Assembly (NCBI RefSeq): GCF_030028105.1
Contig: NC_092374.1
Span: forward strand, 178,894,057 to 178,958,056
Source of the DNA: Mobula birostris
Taxonomy: Eukaryota
Direction of reading: 5' to 3'
Length of the DNA: 64,000 bases
Shown here: in pieces, positions 49,365 through 62,177 of the stretch
Position numbering within the stretch: position 1 is the first letter of the stretch
Layout of the letters: each line of letters opens with the position of its first letter
Program-made: the position numbers and the translations under genes
The notes under the pieces: model-generated
What the model was told of the DNA's origin: nothing
Database searches by the model: none
The model's input: only the letters and a program-made list of their open reading frames with translations

Positions 49365-49934
49365 GTAAGCAGGTCTCATAATTGAGGGTGGAGGATCAGG
49401 TTGGGGGGGGGGGTGTAGCTGGAGAAAAGAGAGTACTTTGAAAGAAAGTAGCTTTCGACATATATAATGTGATCTAATGTCTTGTTAAGAAAGAGGAATG
49501 TTGGTTAATGAGCTTCCAGTAGTAGTTCAGTGGTTATTTATAATATTGTAATAATTAAAATATTAGCAGAATGTTACATTATTTTGTAGTTCCTTCTCAG
49601 TGACTATCATGGGGCACTTGAAACAACCTGCTTCCCAAAAAGAAAGTATTAGCTCTGCTTTTGAGTTCATTGTTGTCTGTCATCCCTTGCTGAATAATTT
49701 TACTCCAGATAAGTTGTCCTAATGTGTGCTTTTATGCTTTGTGGCAGATGGGTGTTTGGTCTTGTATATGATGCTTTCATTTACCTATTTCAGTTATTGT
49801 TTTCCATACTTTGCAAGTAATAGATTGACATGCCAGAGGAAGATTATCAGCCCTTTTTAAGTGATGGCAGTGGTTACTTTGCTATAATCGTGTTCCTAAC
49901 TGGGTGGAGGCTTTAGAAATTTTCATTTGATCTT

Positions 49935-50390
49935 TATAAGACCTTAAGTTATATTAGGCCATTTGGTTCATCAGGTCTGCTCCATTCCATCATCCCTCTC
50001 ATTATCCCTATCAATACCACACTCCTGCTGTCTCTTTGTCTTCATTACCTTTAATGCCCCTACTAATCCAGAACCTGGACCTGTCAGCCTCCACTTTAAA
50101 TATGATTGTGCAGATTCAGCATCCTCTGGCTAAAGAAATTCCTCCTCATTTCTGTTCTAAAGGGATGTCACTCTATTCTGATGCTGTGCCCTCTGGTCCT
50201 AGTATCGCCCACTGTAGAAAATATCCTCTCTCCATCCACTCTATCTCGGAGTTTCAAATTTCATTGAGATCTCCCCTCGTTTTTCTAAACATGGTCAAAT
50301 GCTTTTCACGTGTTAACCCTTTAATTCCTGTAATCTTTTGGATAAGGGACTCAAAACTATTTGCAGTACTCCATGTGCGGCATCGTTGAT
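49935..50390 (-). mobile_element. Old CR1 3' fragment in BRD2 intron 5
   Basis: aagaccttaag...ggccatttggttcatcagg tail-side sequence as in the other CR1 copies. Confidence 0.65.
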
Positions 50391-50645
50391 GGACCATTTT
50401 TTAAAAAAAAATTGTAAATCTTCAGATTTGGAGGCTCTTGGGGAAATGCGTAGTGGGTTCTTTATAGAATGTGTTCCATGGGGTTTGTAAGCTTGTGACT
50501 GCAAAGCGTAGGCTGGTATCTTAAAATGTCTGTTAATAGCTTGTAGTTTTATTTTTAGTGTTGACTTGGTGGAGAAAAGTTTGCTACTTTATTCATTGTG
50601 AGCAATAATGCAATTACTATGAGTAATAGATTCTGTTCTTTACAG

Positions 50646-51008
50646 AAGAAAGGAGTGAAGAGGAAAGCAGATACAACAACTCCAACCACCTCAGTTGTCA
50701 CTACAAGTGGCGAGTCATCTCCTTCGGTAACTGAAAGCAAAGCTGCAAAGATTCCAGTTAGGCGTGAGAGTGGCAGACCAATCAAACCACCAAAGAAAGA
50801 CTTGCCAGATTCCCAGCAGCATCAGAGTTCGAAAAAAGGCAAACTGAGTGAACAGCTGAAGTACTGCAATGGCATCTTGAAGGAGCTTCTGTCAAAGAAA
50901 CATGCAGCATATGCTTGGCCCTTTTATAAACCTGTGGATGCCAAAGCTCTTGGGCTTCATGACTACCATGATATTATCAAGCATCCCATGGACCTGAGTA
51001 CTATAAAA
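50646..51008 (+). CDS. BRD2: BRD2 exon 6 (motif A and start of BD2)
   Basis: [13 protein letters not shown]...[55 protein letters not shown]. Confidence 0.98.
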
Positions 51009-52166
51009 GTATGTTGCATCCAAGCAACACATTCTCAAATCATCATATTGTTTATACTTGGATACAGTGAAACCTGTACGCTCAACTGGTTCCTATCTTC
51101 ATGGTTCTGTTTCTCAGCCAAGGGCTTTTCTCACAAAATTAATTGTCTAGCTCCCACTGTAAGCAATTCTCTACCATTGAGGTAACATTTTTTGTTTCTT
51201 TAAAACAAAAAGAAACTAGTAATTTTTCATGGGATGAACTTCAAGTTTAATCAACCTTTTTTCCCTTCAGTCTCAAAGATGACTACTGAATGCAGGTTTC
51301 ACTGTACCTTTATAACTGAATTTCTTGGCACACTGTTGTGCTGTTGGCTACATACTCTTGCTTGGAAATGGGTGTATGCACATTTGTTTACTCGTGCAGA
51401 TATGTGGAAACATTTCAAGTTCTTACTCAGATCCTTCTGTGCCTTTGGACATTGCAACTTTTCCAAGCTGAATGAACTGCTAACAGCTCAGAAAAGTCTG
51501 AGCTATGATTCATAAATTCAAGTAGCAGTATTAGAAGATGCAGTTAGCCTGAACATTGAAACTAGAGTATTTCCAGTGTTAACTTTTTTCAAAAAAAAAA
51601 GAGTACAGATAACGCTGAACTTCTAGACAGGAATAATTAAAGTGTACTGTGAACAAAATTCAGCCACATGCTAGATACGCAGAACTACCTGCTGTTTGCC
51701 ATGGTGGAATCTTAGTGCCGTGGCATGGTACTGGTGTTCCTTGAAATTGAGATTCACCCTCGTTCCTTTTGTCTTTTACAGAAGGCCTGACATCCTAGTT
51801 CTAGGCCTTCTCTATACATCTGAACATAACTAAGAGTTGTGTAATTTTTAGTGCCATTTTCCCTGTTTAGTAACTTCTAATTGCTGAAGCTTGAGAATAA
51901 TTGTGGAAATAATGTGTATTTGGTACTTTAAATTATAAGTTATACTATTTGGTTAATTGGAATTTTACTTCTAAAGTGGTAAGATTGTGGCTTTCTGTGT
52001 AGAATGACCTAAAGTTGCCCACCGTCATGTCTAATTGTACATAAAATGGCTAAGTGCCTGATAAACTACTTTTTGATACATATTTTAATGATGAATATAA
52101 TTATTACGTAAAGCTGCAAAATAGAACTTCCACGTAAACGTTCATAATAAATGTGGGTGTTGGCCT

Positions 52167-52260
52167 CGCAACACACTCAAAATGCTGGAGGAACTCGACA
52201 GGCCAGGCAGCACCTAGGAAAAGAGTACAATCGACGTTTTGGGCTGAAGCCCTTCAGCAG
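52167..52260 (-). mobile_element. Short PLE terminal fragment with a degenerate hammerhead in BRD2 intron 6
   Basis: gcaacacactcaaaatgctggaggaactc...tcgacgttttgggctgaagcccttcagcag. Confidence 0.8.
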
Positions 52261-52496
52261 ATCTTAAATGTAGCAAATTTTGCTTTGTTGACGTACTTGA
52301 TGGAAGGAATAAATTCAATGTGAAATTTATCCTGTCATAGAAGCTACTTAAAGTTAAGAGTGCTAATAAAATGCTTAGATTTGAATGAAGAGATGAGTGT
52401 TCCAGTCAGTTTCTACTTTAATGTGCTGTTGGCAGATAAAGTTGCACTCTATTCCTGTGGTGCAGCTTGTTAAATATCTTTTGTCTTTCCTCTTAG

Positions 52497-52643
<147 letters not shown>

Positions 52644-53611
52644 TAAGAGGAATGTGTGTTTTAATAAGCTGATTTTTTTTTTTGCTACTGTGTAATGCAG
52701 ATTGCCTGCTTTTTATTTTGAATAGTGGCCTGTTTTAGAGCATAAAATGACACTAATTAGAGGCAAAATGTTCTATATCTTGGAATGCAGAGATGGAAAT
52801 GGCTGGAAATGTGTAGACAGCCAGTTACAAACACTTAAGTGTTTTTTTTTGTTTGTTGCTATGGGTGCTACATAGCTGTTGGTGCAATGCTATTAGAGCT
52901 CAGGGTGTTGAGTTCAATTCCTAAGGAGTTTCTGTGTTCTCACAGTGACCATGTAAATTTCCTCTGGGTGCTTTAGAGTCCTCCTACTGTCCAAAGATGG
53001 AGGTTAATTGGCCATTGTAAATTGTCCTGTGATTAGGCTAGTGTTAAATAGGTGGGTTGCTGGGCGGTGCGGCTTGTTGGACTTGAAGAATCTTCTGTGC
53101 TGTACCTCTAAATAGGTTCATCTTTTTGACTAGTTTAGCCCAACATTTACAGGTTTAGATTCAGCTGGTAAAATTTAAATATCCATGCCAATGAGGTAGC
53201 ATCGATCTGATGAATTCTGCTGTGTGTTTTGTTGATTGATCATAATTTTGCAGCCAAAGTGGACTTTCTCACCACCCTTTTGTTACTTAGTTCTGATTTG
53301 AAGTCTTGGCAATGTTCAGCTATACTTTGTGTCTCGACCTGTGCATTCTTATGCATTTGTATTTACTTGCCCAACCAACACAACTACCTTTTTGGTTTAC
53401 CAGCCAGCTTGATGGGATTTTAGTCATCGGCATTTGTTTCCCTTCGCCCTCCTTTTATCTTTTTACTCTTGTTAGGCTGGCTCTCTATAGGTTTTTTTTT
53501 AACCTTGTAGACATCTTGTATGTTCTTGGCATTTGAAGCTGTCATTACTGAATTACATCATGGTGTGCACCAGTCACTTGGCTAAAGAAGTTCCATTTAT
53601 TCTCATTTCAG

Positions 53612-53818
53612 GATGTCTTTGAATTCCGCTTTGCCAAGATGCCAGATGAGCCTCTGGACTTCACACCTCCACCTGCACCAACTACTCTCCCTCCTGTTGT
53701 GTCAAAATCATCATCTGATTCTTCCAGTAACAGTAGTAGTGGGAGCTCGTCAGACACTGAGAGCTCAGATGATTCTGAAGAAGAGCGAGCTAACCGTTTG
53801 GCAGAACTACAGGAGCAG
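53612..53818 (+). CDS. BRD2: BRD2 exon 8 (end of BD2, Ser-rich region)
   Basis: [14 protein letters not shown]...[18 protein letters not shown]. Confidence 0.97.
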
Positions 53819-54523
53819 GTTTGAACTAATACTATTGACTTATTTGTTGGGACTTGTTTTAACAATGAAACTATATGTGACAGATATAACTAATTCCTTT
53901 GAAAAGATATGTTCATTGGAACATACAGTGAAGTGCATTGTTTTGCATCAATGACAAACTGTCGGAGGATTTGTTGGGAACAGCCCACAGGTGTCTCTGT
54001 TTCTAGCATCAGCATAGCATGCCCACAACTTACTAACCTGTGCACCTTTGGAATGAGAGAGGAAACTGGAGTACCTGGAGAAAATCCATGAATATGGGAA
54101 AAAAGTACAAATTTTTTTTACTGTGTTGGGAATTGAACCTCAATCTCTGACACAGTAAAATGTTTCATTAACCACTACGCTACTGTGCTGTCTCTTATGC
54201 CAAATCTCTACATGCATAATGTGGTTAGGTTCATGTGCCTCACTTCTTTTACAAATGAGGGTAGTTGGTCTTCTAGCTATAAGAATGACTTGCTATTTCA
54301 AGCAGAAACAGGAAAAAGTCCAGTTTCCTTAATGTTGCCCCACACTTTCATTTTAAGGGCTAATTTGAGAAATTTATTCTTTTGCAAATATTTTTCAATT
54401 CAGCACTTTTGTCTTGGGCCAATAGGAAATAACTTTGTTGCATTCTTAATGCAGCTTCTTCCAGGAGAAAGGTAGAGCTGTATTTTAGGATGGGTTGTAA
54501 TTAAATGATGTTTTCTGTTGTAG

Positions 54524-54747
54524 CTAAGAGCCGTTCATGAGCAGTTAGCAGCACTATCACAGGCTCCTATGTCCAAACCAAAGAAAAAACGGGACAAGAA
54601 AGAAAAGAGAGATAAAAAGAAGAAGAAAGAGAAGCACAAGATGAAAGATGAAGATGACAAACTGCTTAAGCCATCCAAGTCAAAAGCAGCACCGAAAAAA
54701 CAGTCAAAAAAGGCGTCTGGAGGCAGCAGTTCGGGTGGTAACAATAA
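54524..54747 (+). CDS. BRD2: BRD2 exon 9 (motif B coiled coil, basic region)
   Basis: [28 protein letters not shown]...; phase-2 donor GTGAGT. Confidence 0.97.
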
Positions 54748-55115
54748 GTGAGTGTTACTTGACTGGCATTAACACTAGACTGAATTGTGTTGAAATTTCA
54801 ATGTTACCTTTGGATCTAGTTTTAAAAATCTGCAAATATTTAAAAATTAACGTTGGATTGCTTTATACAGAGGTATGATGCAGCATATACTTTTGTGCAC
54901 CATGTTAAGTGAGTGCTTGTTCTGGGAACATATGGGTGATATCAGCATTTGGTGACTGGACTTGGGTTCCCTTTTAATATTGCTGTTCTATATTTTGGTG
55001 CCAGAGTTTGAACTGCCATTCCTTTGTCAATGACTGGTCCAATTCAGGAATTGGGTACTTGGTTACTTGCTAGAGAAGATTTTATTTAATGTTGCATTTT
55101 TGGGCTTGTTTATAG

Positions 55116-55426
55116 GCAGTCTAAGAAGGCAAAGCAGCCTCCTCCACCGCCACCACCACCACCACCTGGTTATGATTCCGAAGAGGAAGATAACTGCAGA
55201 CCCATGACATATGATGAAAAACGGCAGTTAAGTTTGGACATTAACAAACTGCCAGGTGACAAGCTTGGTCGTGTGGTACACATCATTCAGTCAAGGGAAC
55301 CGTCACTTCGAGACTCTAATCCTGATGAGATTGAGATAGACTTTGAAACTCTTAAACCATCCACTCTTCGGGAGCTTGAACGCTATGTAATGTCCTGTTT
55401 ACGGAAGAAACCTCGAAAACCTTACT
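55116..55426 (+). CDS. BRD2: BRD2 exon 10 (ET domain)
   Basis: [70 protein letters not shown]. Confidence 0.98.
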
Positions 55427-56417
55427 GTAAGTTTGAAGTGTGTTACAGTTTGGGCATTTCTGATATTGAGACCAGTATTCAGCCTGTCCTTATGTGTAGA
55501 CACTGTTACTATTCTGAAAAATTGCATTTGCTGGTCACATCAACAGTAGTTGTGCAATTTGGGAAGTGCACATGTTTCCCATGTTAAAGGAAGGTTCTAC
55601 ATTGCTGTAAAAAGCTCGGTTCAAAAGTTATGGGAAGGTGGAATGTCTGTGCATCTGTCAGGAAATGAAAGGTGATTTTAAAAACAATGCGACATTATTT
55701 TGTTGTGTATCTGCTATTTGGGAACTAATTTATAAATATGTATTGACAAACTTCTGTTGCCCATGTGCTATAATTTGGGGACTGCCTTTAGTGTCCTTCT
55801 AGCATTAGCGTTTAAAGTTAAATTGAGGGTGTCAAAAAGGAGATTCTGAGGGATTGGCTAGTCTAGGGTATAAAAATGTTCATGTCAGTTGGAAAGTTTA
55901 CATATTCTCTAGTGCTGTATGTTCAAGGAGAATGGTAGCTTAAATGACTTGGGAGAATGGTGTGGAAGAAAAAGAAATCTCATAAGTGAAGAGGGTGAGC
56001 AGATTCTTGACTGGTGCATTTTAACATATATGGGCTGGAGAGATGCATGTATCTTCTGAAGGAACAGTTTTGTTCTTTCCTCGTTGCTTGTATTATGCTC
56101 CAAAGGTCAGATACTGGCTCCCAACTTTCCAATGTCTGTTGTGTGTGTAGTACTTCAAAATTGTGATTTACTTAACGTGGATGAGTGTGTTTTCAACAGC
56201 ATTGTGTCAGTGCCATATGGGACAAAGTAACCCTCTTAATAAATCTCCTCCCCTACTGCATAAATACTTCCTTCAGTATGGGGCTACATTCTGTGCCATC
56301 TACAACAGAGGCCTTTCTAGGGCGTTTATTGCAGAGCACTTGCCAGACTGATGGTCTCTTGAGGCCTTCCCTTGATCGGGGTTAACCATGCATTCCAGCT
56401 GTCTGCATGGCATGTAA

Positions 56418-56833
56418 AGCCTGATTTATACTTCTGCGTCAAAAGTACGCCGTAGTTACCACGTTCCCTATGCCGTAGGGTGACATGCATCTCCCCAAAA
56501 AAGTAACTCGCTCATCACAGTGATGCAGACTGCAACAACTGTGATTGGTCCGCTTGGTAGCATCGCATTTCCAGTTGTTTTTCTCTGCCATGTCTGTACA
56601 CTGATGCGAAATAAGTGGTTGGAGACGATGAACCAAATCGTCAAATCTACCTGCTGACATCCGAAAATACTTGAAATGCATTTCCTTGTCTGTGTCTCTC
56701 ACGAAGAAACTCAACACAGTGGCTTAGAAACCCCACCGCCAACTAGCATTTTGGCGGTGAATTGCAGAGTGATGCAGACAGAACAACGCATGCTCGCCAC
56801 GGCCTAGGGCTACGCAGAAGTATAAATCAGGCT
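56418..56833 (-). mobile_element. PIF/Harbinger non-autonomous element in BRD2 intron 10
   Basis: Perfect 22-bp TIRs AGCCTGATTTATACTTCTGCGT. Internal remnant [28 protein letters not shown] resembles the Harbinger transposase N-terminus. Flanks TAA / ATA give an imperfect TSD. Confidence 0.85.
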
Positions 56834-57664
56834 ATAAATAAGTATTAAGCCAGTACGCAAACTAGGACTATACGATACGGAGAGCAAGCTATTGCGCATA
56901 AAGTTGATAATCCAAAGGAATGCCAGAGACTAATACAGTTTGGCACCAGCAGCATTGCAGAAGCTGCTAGTCAGTGTTAAACTCAGTATAGGACTGCCTT
57001 ACAAGACTCCCAACTCCTGATTTCTTTCACTCTCCCTCCCCTTTCAGGGTTTATTCCTGAAGCCTTCCCTATGAATTGGTATAGCTGCTTTTGAGATCAA
57101 TTTTCTTTCAAGATGAGCTGCCAACCATGACTGACTAGCTTAATCTACCCAAAGCGACTGGTTTTAAGGTGCCAGTTACCTGCCTTTAACCCTCCTGTCA
57201 GTAGAAACTGTTCCACCAGGCTTAGTAGCTAAGCCTCACTTGAAGACTGGAAGATGGACTTGGTTGTCAGAGACTATTTGAGATGCACACCATTGGGAGC
57301 ATTTAATGGGTAGTGGGAGCTTATCCCCTCTGGATTCCCTGGCCATAACAACCTTAAACAAATCTGGTCATCTCTAATCCCTGGGATAAAGATGGCAGGC
57401 TTGTGAGGATGAGAATGCTATTGCCTATAATACTATTCTCTTCCTTGGTTGTATATGTTTCTCACTTTACCCACTTCGTTGCATTGAAATTGAAACTGGA
57501 ACTTACTACCCGATAGTAGCGTAGGACAAGAACTCAGTTTTTCAGCACCATTTAAGTGTGATTTAGGATGGAATACGTTTTCCTTGTGAAAGGTGTTCCT
57601 GTACTTAGAATTGAAAGGCCTTTTACCCGATTGTTGCTTTCAACTATTGCATTTGATATTCCAG

Positions 57665-57784
57665 CCAAAAAACAAGCAGGAAAGACCAAGGAGGAGCTGG
57701 CCATGGAGAAGAAGAAAGAGTTAGAAAAGCGCCTACAGGATGTTAGTGGCCAGCTGAATCCAAGTAAAAAACCTCCTAAGAAAG
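57665..57784 (+). CDS. BRD2: BRD2 exon 11
   Basis: [39 protein letters not shown]; phase 1/1. Confidence 0.97.
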
Positions 57785-58307
57785 GTATGCCTGATAATTG
57801 AGAATTCATCTGATGTTCCTTTTTAGTCCCTCTTGTTCTTGGGTAACCTACAGTAATGTAATCTTAATTCAAAATATGCATTTGGGGTTTAATTAGATGT
57901 GGGTTGTGAGCAGGCTGCAGTCAATGTACAGATTTGTTTGGAATTAGCGATAATAAGCTGACCACAGCCGTAAAATATTTCAAGTAGTTCCCACACTGCA
58001 AGTCTTGAACAATGTTGACAGCTCAAAAAGGGGTTGGGTGTTAGAGGGCCATTGGGCAGCATTTAAGTATGTCATAACCACATAGAATTCAGCCCACTGA
58101 GTTGTGTGACAAGGCATTGACCACCCATATAAATCCTACATCAATCCCATTTTTATTTCTTACATTAATTCTCTCCAGATTCATGAGGTGAGAAATTACG
58201 TATTTTAGAGGTCACATAATGTGCCCATTGGCCGCAGAGTTCATTGTGATTGATTATATTGAATACTTGGTAAGAGGAGTTGTTTTAAATGAGATTTCTT
58301 TTTGTAG

Positions 58308-58447
58308 CAACTGAGAAGCCGGATCCAGTTCAGCCAGCGGGTCCTTCACGGCTCAGTGCCAGCAGCAGCAGTTCATCGGGATCTGACACCAGTAGCACTT
58401 CCAGCGGATCAAGTTCATCAGACACTAGTGATTCTGACTCTGGTTAG
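58308..58447 (+). CDS. BRD2: BRD2 exon 12 coding part (SEED-like tail, stop TAG)
   Basis: ATEKPDPVQPAGPSRLSASSSSSSGSDTSSTSSGSSSSDTSDSDSG*. The 12 exons sum to 2331 nt = 776 aa + stop. There is no long C-terminal domain, unlike BRD4-L or BRDT. Confidence 0.97.
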
Positions 58448-59890
58448 AGTTGGCGAATGCTTCGGCACGTTTCTTTTTGTGGAAATTAGATTAGGGTTGG
58501 TTCGAACTAATCTGCGGGGTCAGAAGAAGTATGAACCAAACTTGGGAGGTATCCTGTCCCCATGTGCCCATCGTTACTGGCTGCAGTGTACATGGTTTGA
58601 TGTGATTATTTTTTTTACAAAAAAAGGAAAGGATAAAAAAATACATGTGATGCATCACAAGGACAGACCTGACAGAGAATTATCCACTCCTTAACACATG
58701 AACTAGATCTCATAACTCATCTGTCTCCAAAATGTGTGCTGTTTTTGGGGCCAAGTGGGGACTGGAGTTGGGGTGTGGGAGGGTGCTATGGGGTGCTTAA
58801 GCCTGTTGCTTGGTTCCTCTTCCATCTTCAGTTGAGGCATCTTGGCCAGGTCAAAGGAGACTGCAGCCTCTAAACAGAGTCCTCCTTGCGCAAAATCATG
58901 GAGCATTCAGTATGCGGGGTGAGCAGTTTTGAACCTACCTGTGTAGAGTTGCTGTAAGCAGTTTTGTTTTGGAAGGTGTTTTTCCATTTTGAAAACGTTT
59001 TAAGCTGTTGGTCTCTGAACTGTCAATCTGAAACCCATGTAATGCAGCAGTCTTCAGAGGAAGTATTTTGAAGTTTTTGAGATTTTAGTTCTTTGCATCT
59101 TTTAATGTGGCTCGAAGATGAAGCTCCATCTTGGCTGTGAATGGTCACAGTAACAAACTGAGTTTCTGGTTTGGTTGAAAAGCATGTGGGAGCAGTAATC
59201 AACTGAACATGATGAGCAGAAGGGCTTGTGCTCTGCCCATTTTTATTCTTTCCACATCCAGTACTTGAATGCAGAGCAGTAATGCTGTACCAAGGTGGTG
59301 TTGGTCTGTGCACAGTGTGTAAGCAATTGCTTTGTGCCTATCTTATTTCCCCTCTTTTGGTTTGGAGTAGGCTGATTGGATAGTCTTGCTGGGTTATCCT
59401 CCTACTTGGTGCCATCTTGGTGCACGCACAACCTAGTTTGGAGGGGCGATTTTGTTCTTAATGTGTACAGTTTAGTTGTAGTTTTCACTTCTGCAAAGGT
59501 TACATGAAAAGCTGACAGCTAAATTTAATCTTTTTTTCATCCAGTTATGTGGTGTTTTATTTATTTTGTTACAAAATAATTATGTTTTATATTGTAAAGA
59601 CTGAACCAATGTGCCTGTTGATGCAGGTATAAGAGTGTAGAGTGAGATTTTAACAAGTATTGTATATATAAAGATGCACAATTGAGAAGCATGTTTCTTA
59701 ATGTAAAGGTGATTTTTATTTTTTATCTTAATCTGTAAAGTTTTTTTTCTACAGTCCGTTCTTGTTTTTTTTTGTTATTTGTAGAATTGGACCTCATGTA
59801 GCAGTTAACAACTTGTATGTGACAATGTATTTGTTAAACCTTGAGTTCTCAATGCTGTACAGTAAAAATGTTCTTTAAAACTGTCAGTTT

Positions 59891-59896
59891 ATTAAA
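59891..59896 (+). terminator. BRD2 poly(A) signal ATTAAA (3' UTR about 58448-59915)
   Basis: Upstream TGTA elements and a downstream GT-rich tract ttgatttgttggtttaggtg. A Pumilio-type TGTATATA lies at 59661-59668. Confidence 0.7.
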
Positions 59897-60214
59897 TTGA
59901 TTTGTTGGTTTAGGTGCTTTTCATTTGACAAGTTGTTAAGATGAGCACTATTTCCATAGAATTGGGTGAGAATAAGAGTAACCTTAAAGAAGGGATACTG
60001 TGTACACCTGAGGGAAATGGATCTAATTTGCTTTTATTTTTCAAATCACATTAGTTTCCAAAGTCATGAATTTAAGTGTTGTTACAGGTTAATTTAACCA
60101 ATTGTTAGTTTATTTTCAAACAACATATGTAAAGTGTAAGAAATACCCTCAGCAGAATCTGACCCCAAATTAAAGTGAAGAACCAAAAAGGTGATGATGT
60201 GGCATGTTATCTGA

Positions 60215-61240
60215 GGCTACATCCACACTACGCCGGATAATTTTGAAAACTAAGCCATTTCTCCGTTTTGACCCTCTGTCCACACTAAAACGGCAGTTTC
60301 ATCCCCTGCAAAGAGATTTTCAGAAACAGTCTCCAGAGTGAATAAAACTGGAAGGGCCTAATATCCCTTGCAGTGTGGACATGGTAAACTGAGCTTTTTA
60401 AAACGGCTGTCATGACGTGCCACAACAGATGGCGGCAGCGTGGCATTTCATTGTTTTCTTTTTCTTCTTATTACTTTATTGTCGCCAAACAATTGATACT
60501 AGAGCGTACAATCATCACAGCGATATTTGATTCTGCGCTTCGCAGAACCTAACAATTTCAGAACAGATGGCAACAAGACTGAAGCCAGAAGAGTTAGAAA
60601 TGTACTCAACAAATGCTTTGACCCATAGCTTACTGAATAAATAAGTGTACTCACTTTGCCCTGTTTTCTGTACTTGTATGAAGGTAAGGACAGAAAACAC
60701 CCTCCGCCACCTCCAGTTTAAATTCCATGCGAAATATTTTGGAGGATCGAGAACCAAGGTGGTTTATCTATTTATGCAAGTACTTCTCTGACAATAGATG
60801 TGTAACAGCTTAATGTAACATTGTATGGAAATACAAGATAACACTGATGCAGACATGTTTTATACATTTAACAAGGTGCTTTATTAATGCAACAGTTAGT
60901 CAGTTTTTGCATGTTTGTTGTCAGCCAGGTCATTCTGTCCGTGAACTCCCTGTTGGTTGCCTCCATACACTCCAGTTTTTTTTTAAGTTTTAAGTCCTGC
61001 GCAAGAGCCAAGAGCAATTCCTTTTAAGTTTTTCTGCTCTGTAACTGGACAAAGGTGCACCAAGTATACCATTTCCTCTTCGCTGGTTTTCTGTGTCCTG
61101 CGCATGCCCAGTAGGAGGAGATTCCCCTAAATATCCGTCTAATGTAGACAGAAATATTTTGAAAAACACGGTGTGGACGCCTGTAGTTTTTACTCGAAAC
61201 CAGTGTTTTCAAAATTATCCGGCATAGTGTGGACGTAGCC
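60215..61240. mobile_element. PIF/Harbinger MITE just downstream of BRD2
   Basis: 36-bp TIRs ggctacatccacactacgccggataattttgaaaac (2 CpG-type mismatches) and a 3-bp TSD TGA (60212-60214 / 61241-61243). Confidence 0.9.
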
Positions 61241-61399
61241 TGAGCCACGTGCATGGCACAGGTTAAGACCAGAGAGCTAATTATGTGTCTCAAAGATTGC
61301 TGTAGGAGAAATGAGTTTGATTTCTTGGGCCATTGGCACCAGTGTTGGGGAAGAAAGTTGTTCCATTTGGACAGGCTCCACCTCAGTCATGCTATACAT

Positions 61400-62150
61400 T
61401 CCTGTCATAATTTCCTTTTTTCAATACTCTGTCAACCTTACTTTCTAATGGTAGATGACCAAAACTGCAAACAATACTTCAAATTAGGCCTCAGCACTGT
61501 CTTGTACACCTTCAACATGACATACAATGTGCCAAAAGCTTTCTTTAAGATCCTATCAATGTGCAGTGCAACTAATCTTGGACCTGTATTACCAGATGTT
61601 TGTGATACCACACTCAGTTCCCTGCTAGTCACTGTGTAGGACCTACCCTGATTGGGCCCGTTGAAGTGCAACACCATGAACTTGTGTGCATCAAATTTTA
61701 TCTGTCATTTTCAGCTTATTTATCCATGATCACCTTCCTTGCTTCCCACTACACCCCCAGTCTTCGTTTCAGCTGCAAATGTGCTGTTCCATCTAACCAT
61801 GTTATCATTCAGATTGTTGAGACAGATGACAAATAATGGACGCAACTCAGATCCCTTTGGCACACAACTAGTCACAGGCCTCCAGTCAGAGAGGCAACAA
61901 TCTTTGACCACTCTGGCTTCTCCCATAAAGGCAGTCTCTAATCCAATTTACTATCTCATCTTGAACGCTCAGCAACTGAACCTTGTCCAACTTCCCGTGG
62001 GATCTTGTGAGATGCCCTTACGTAAATCCATGTAGATAACCTCCACTGCCTTGCCTTCAATAACTTCCCTGGTAACTTACTTGAAAAGCTATGACATTGG
62101 TTGGACATAACCTGTCATGCTATGGTTAATCAGTCTATGTCTATCCAAAT
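61400..62150 (-). mobile_element. Old CR1 fragment
   Basis: SDWRPVTSCVPKGSELRPLF and YKTVLRPNLKYCLQFWS. Confidence 0.85.
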
Positions 62151-62177
62151 ACTTAAACTAATTTCTTAAGTGCTCTT

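Noticed and set aside
57568-57664. Open frame upstream of exon 11 suggesting a longer exon
   Set aside because: No better acceptor, and the sequence is unlike BET proteins. The 57665 acceptor gives the orthologous length and phase.
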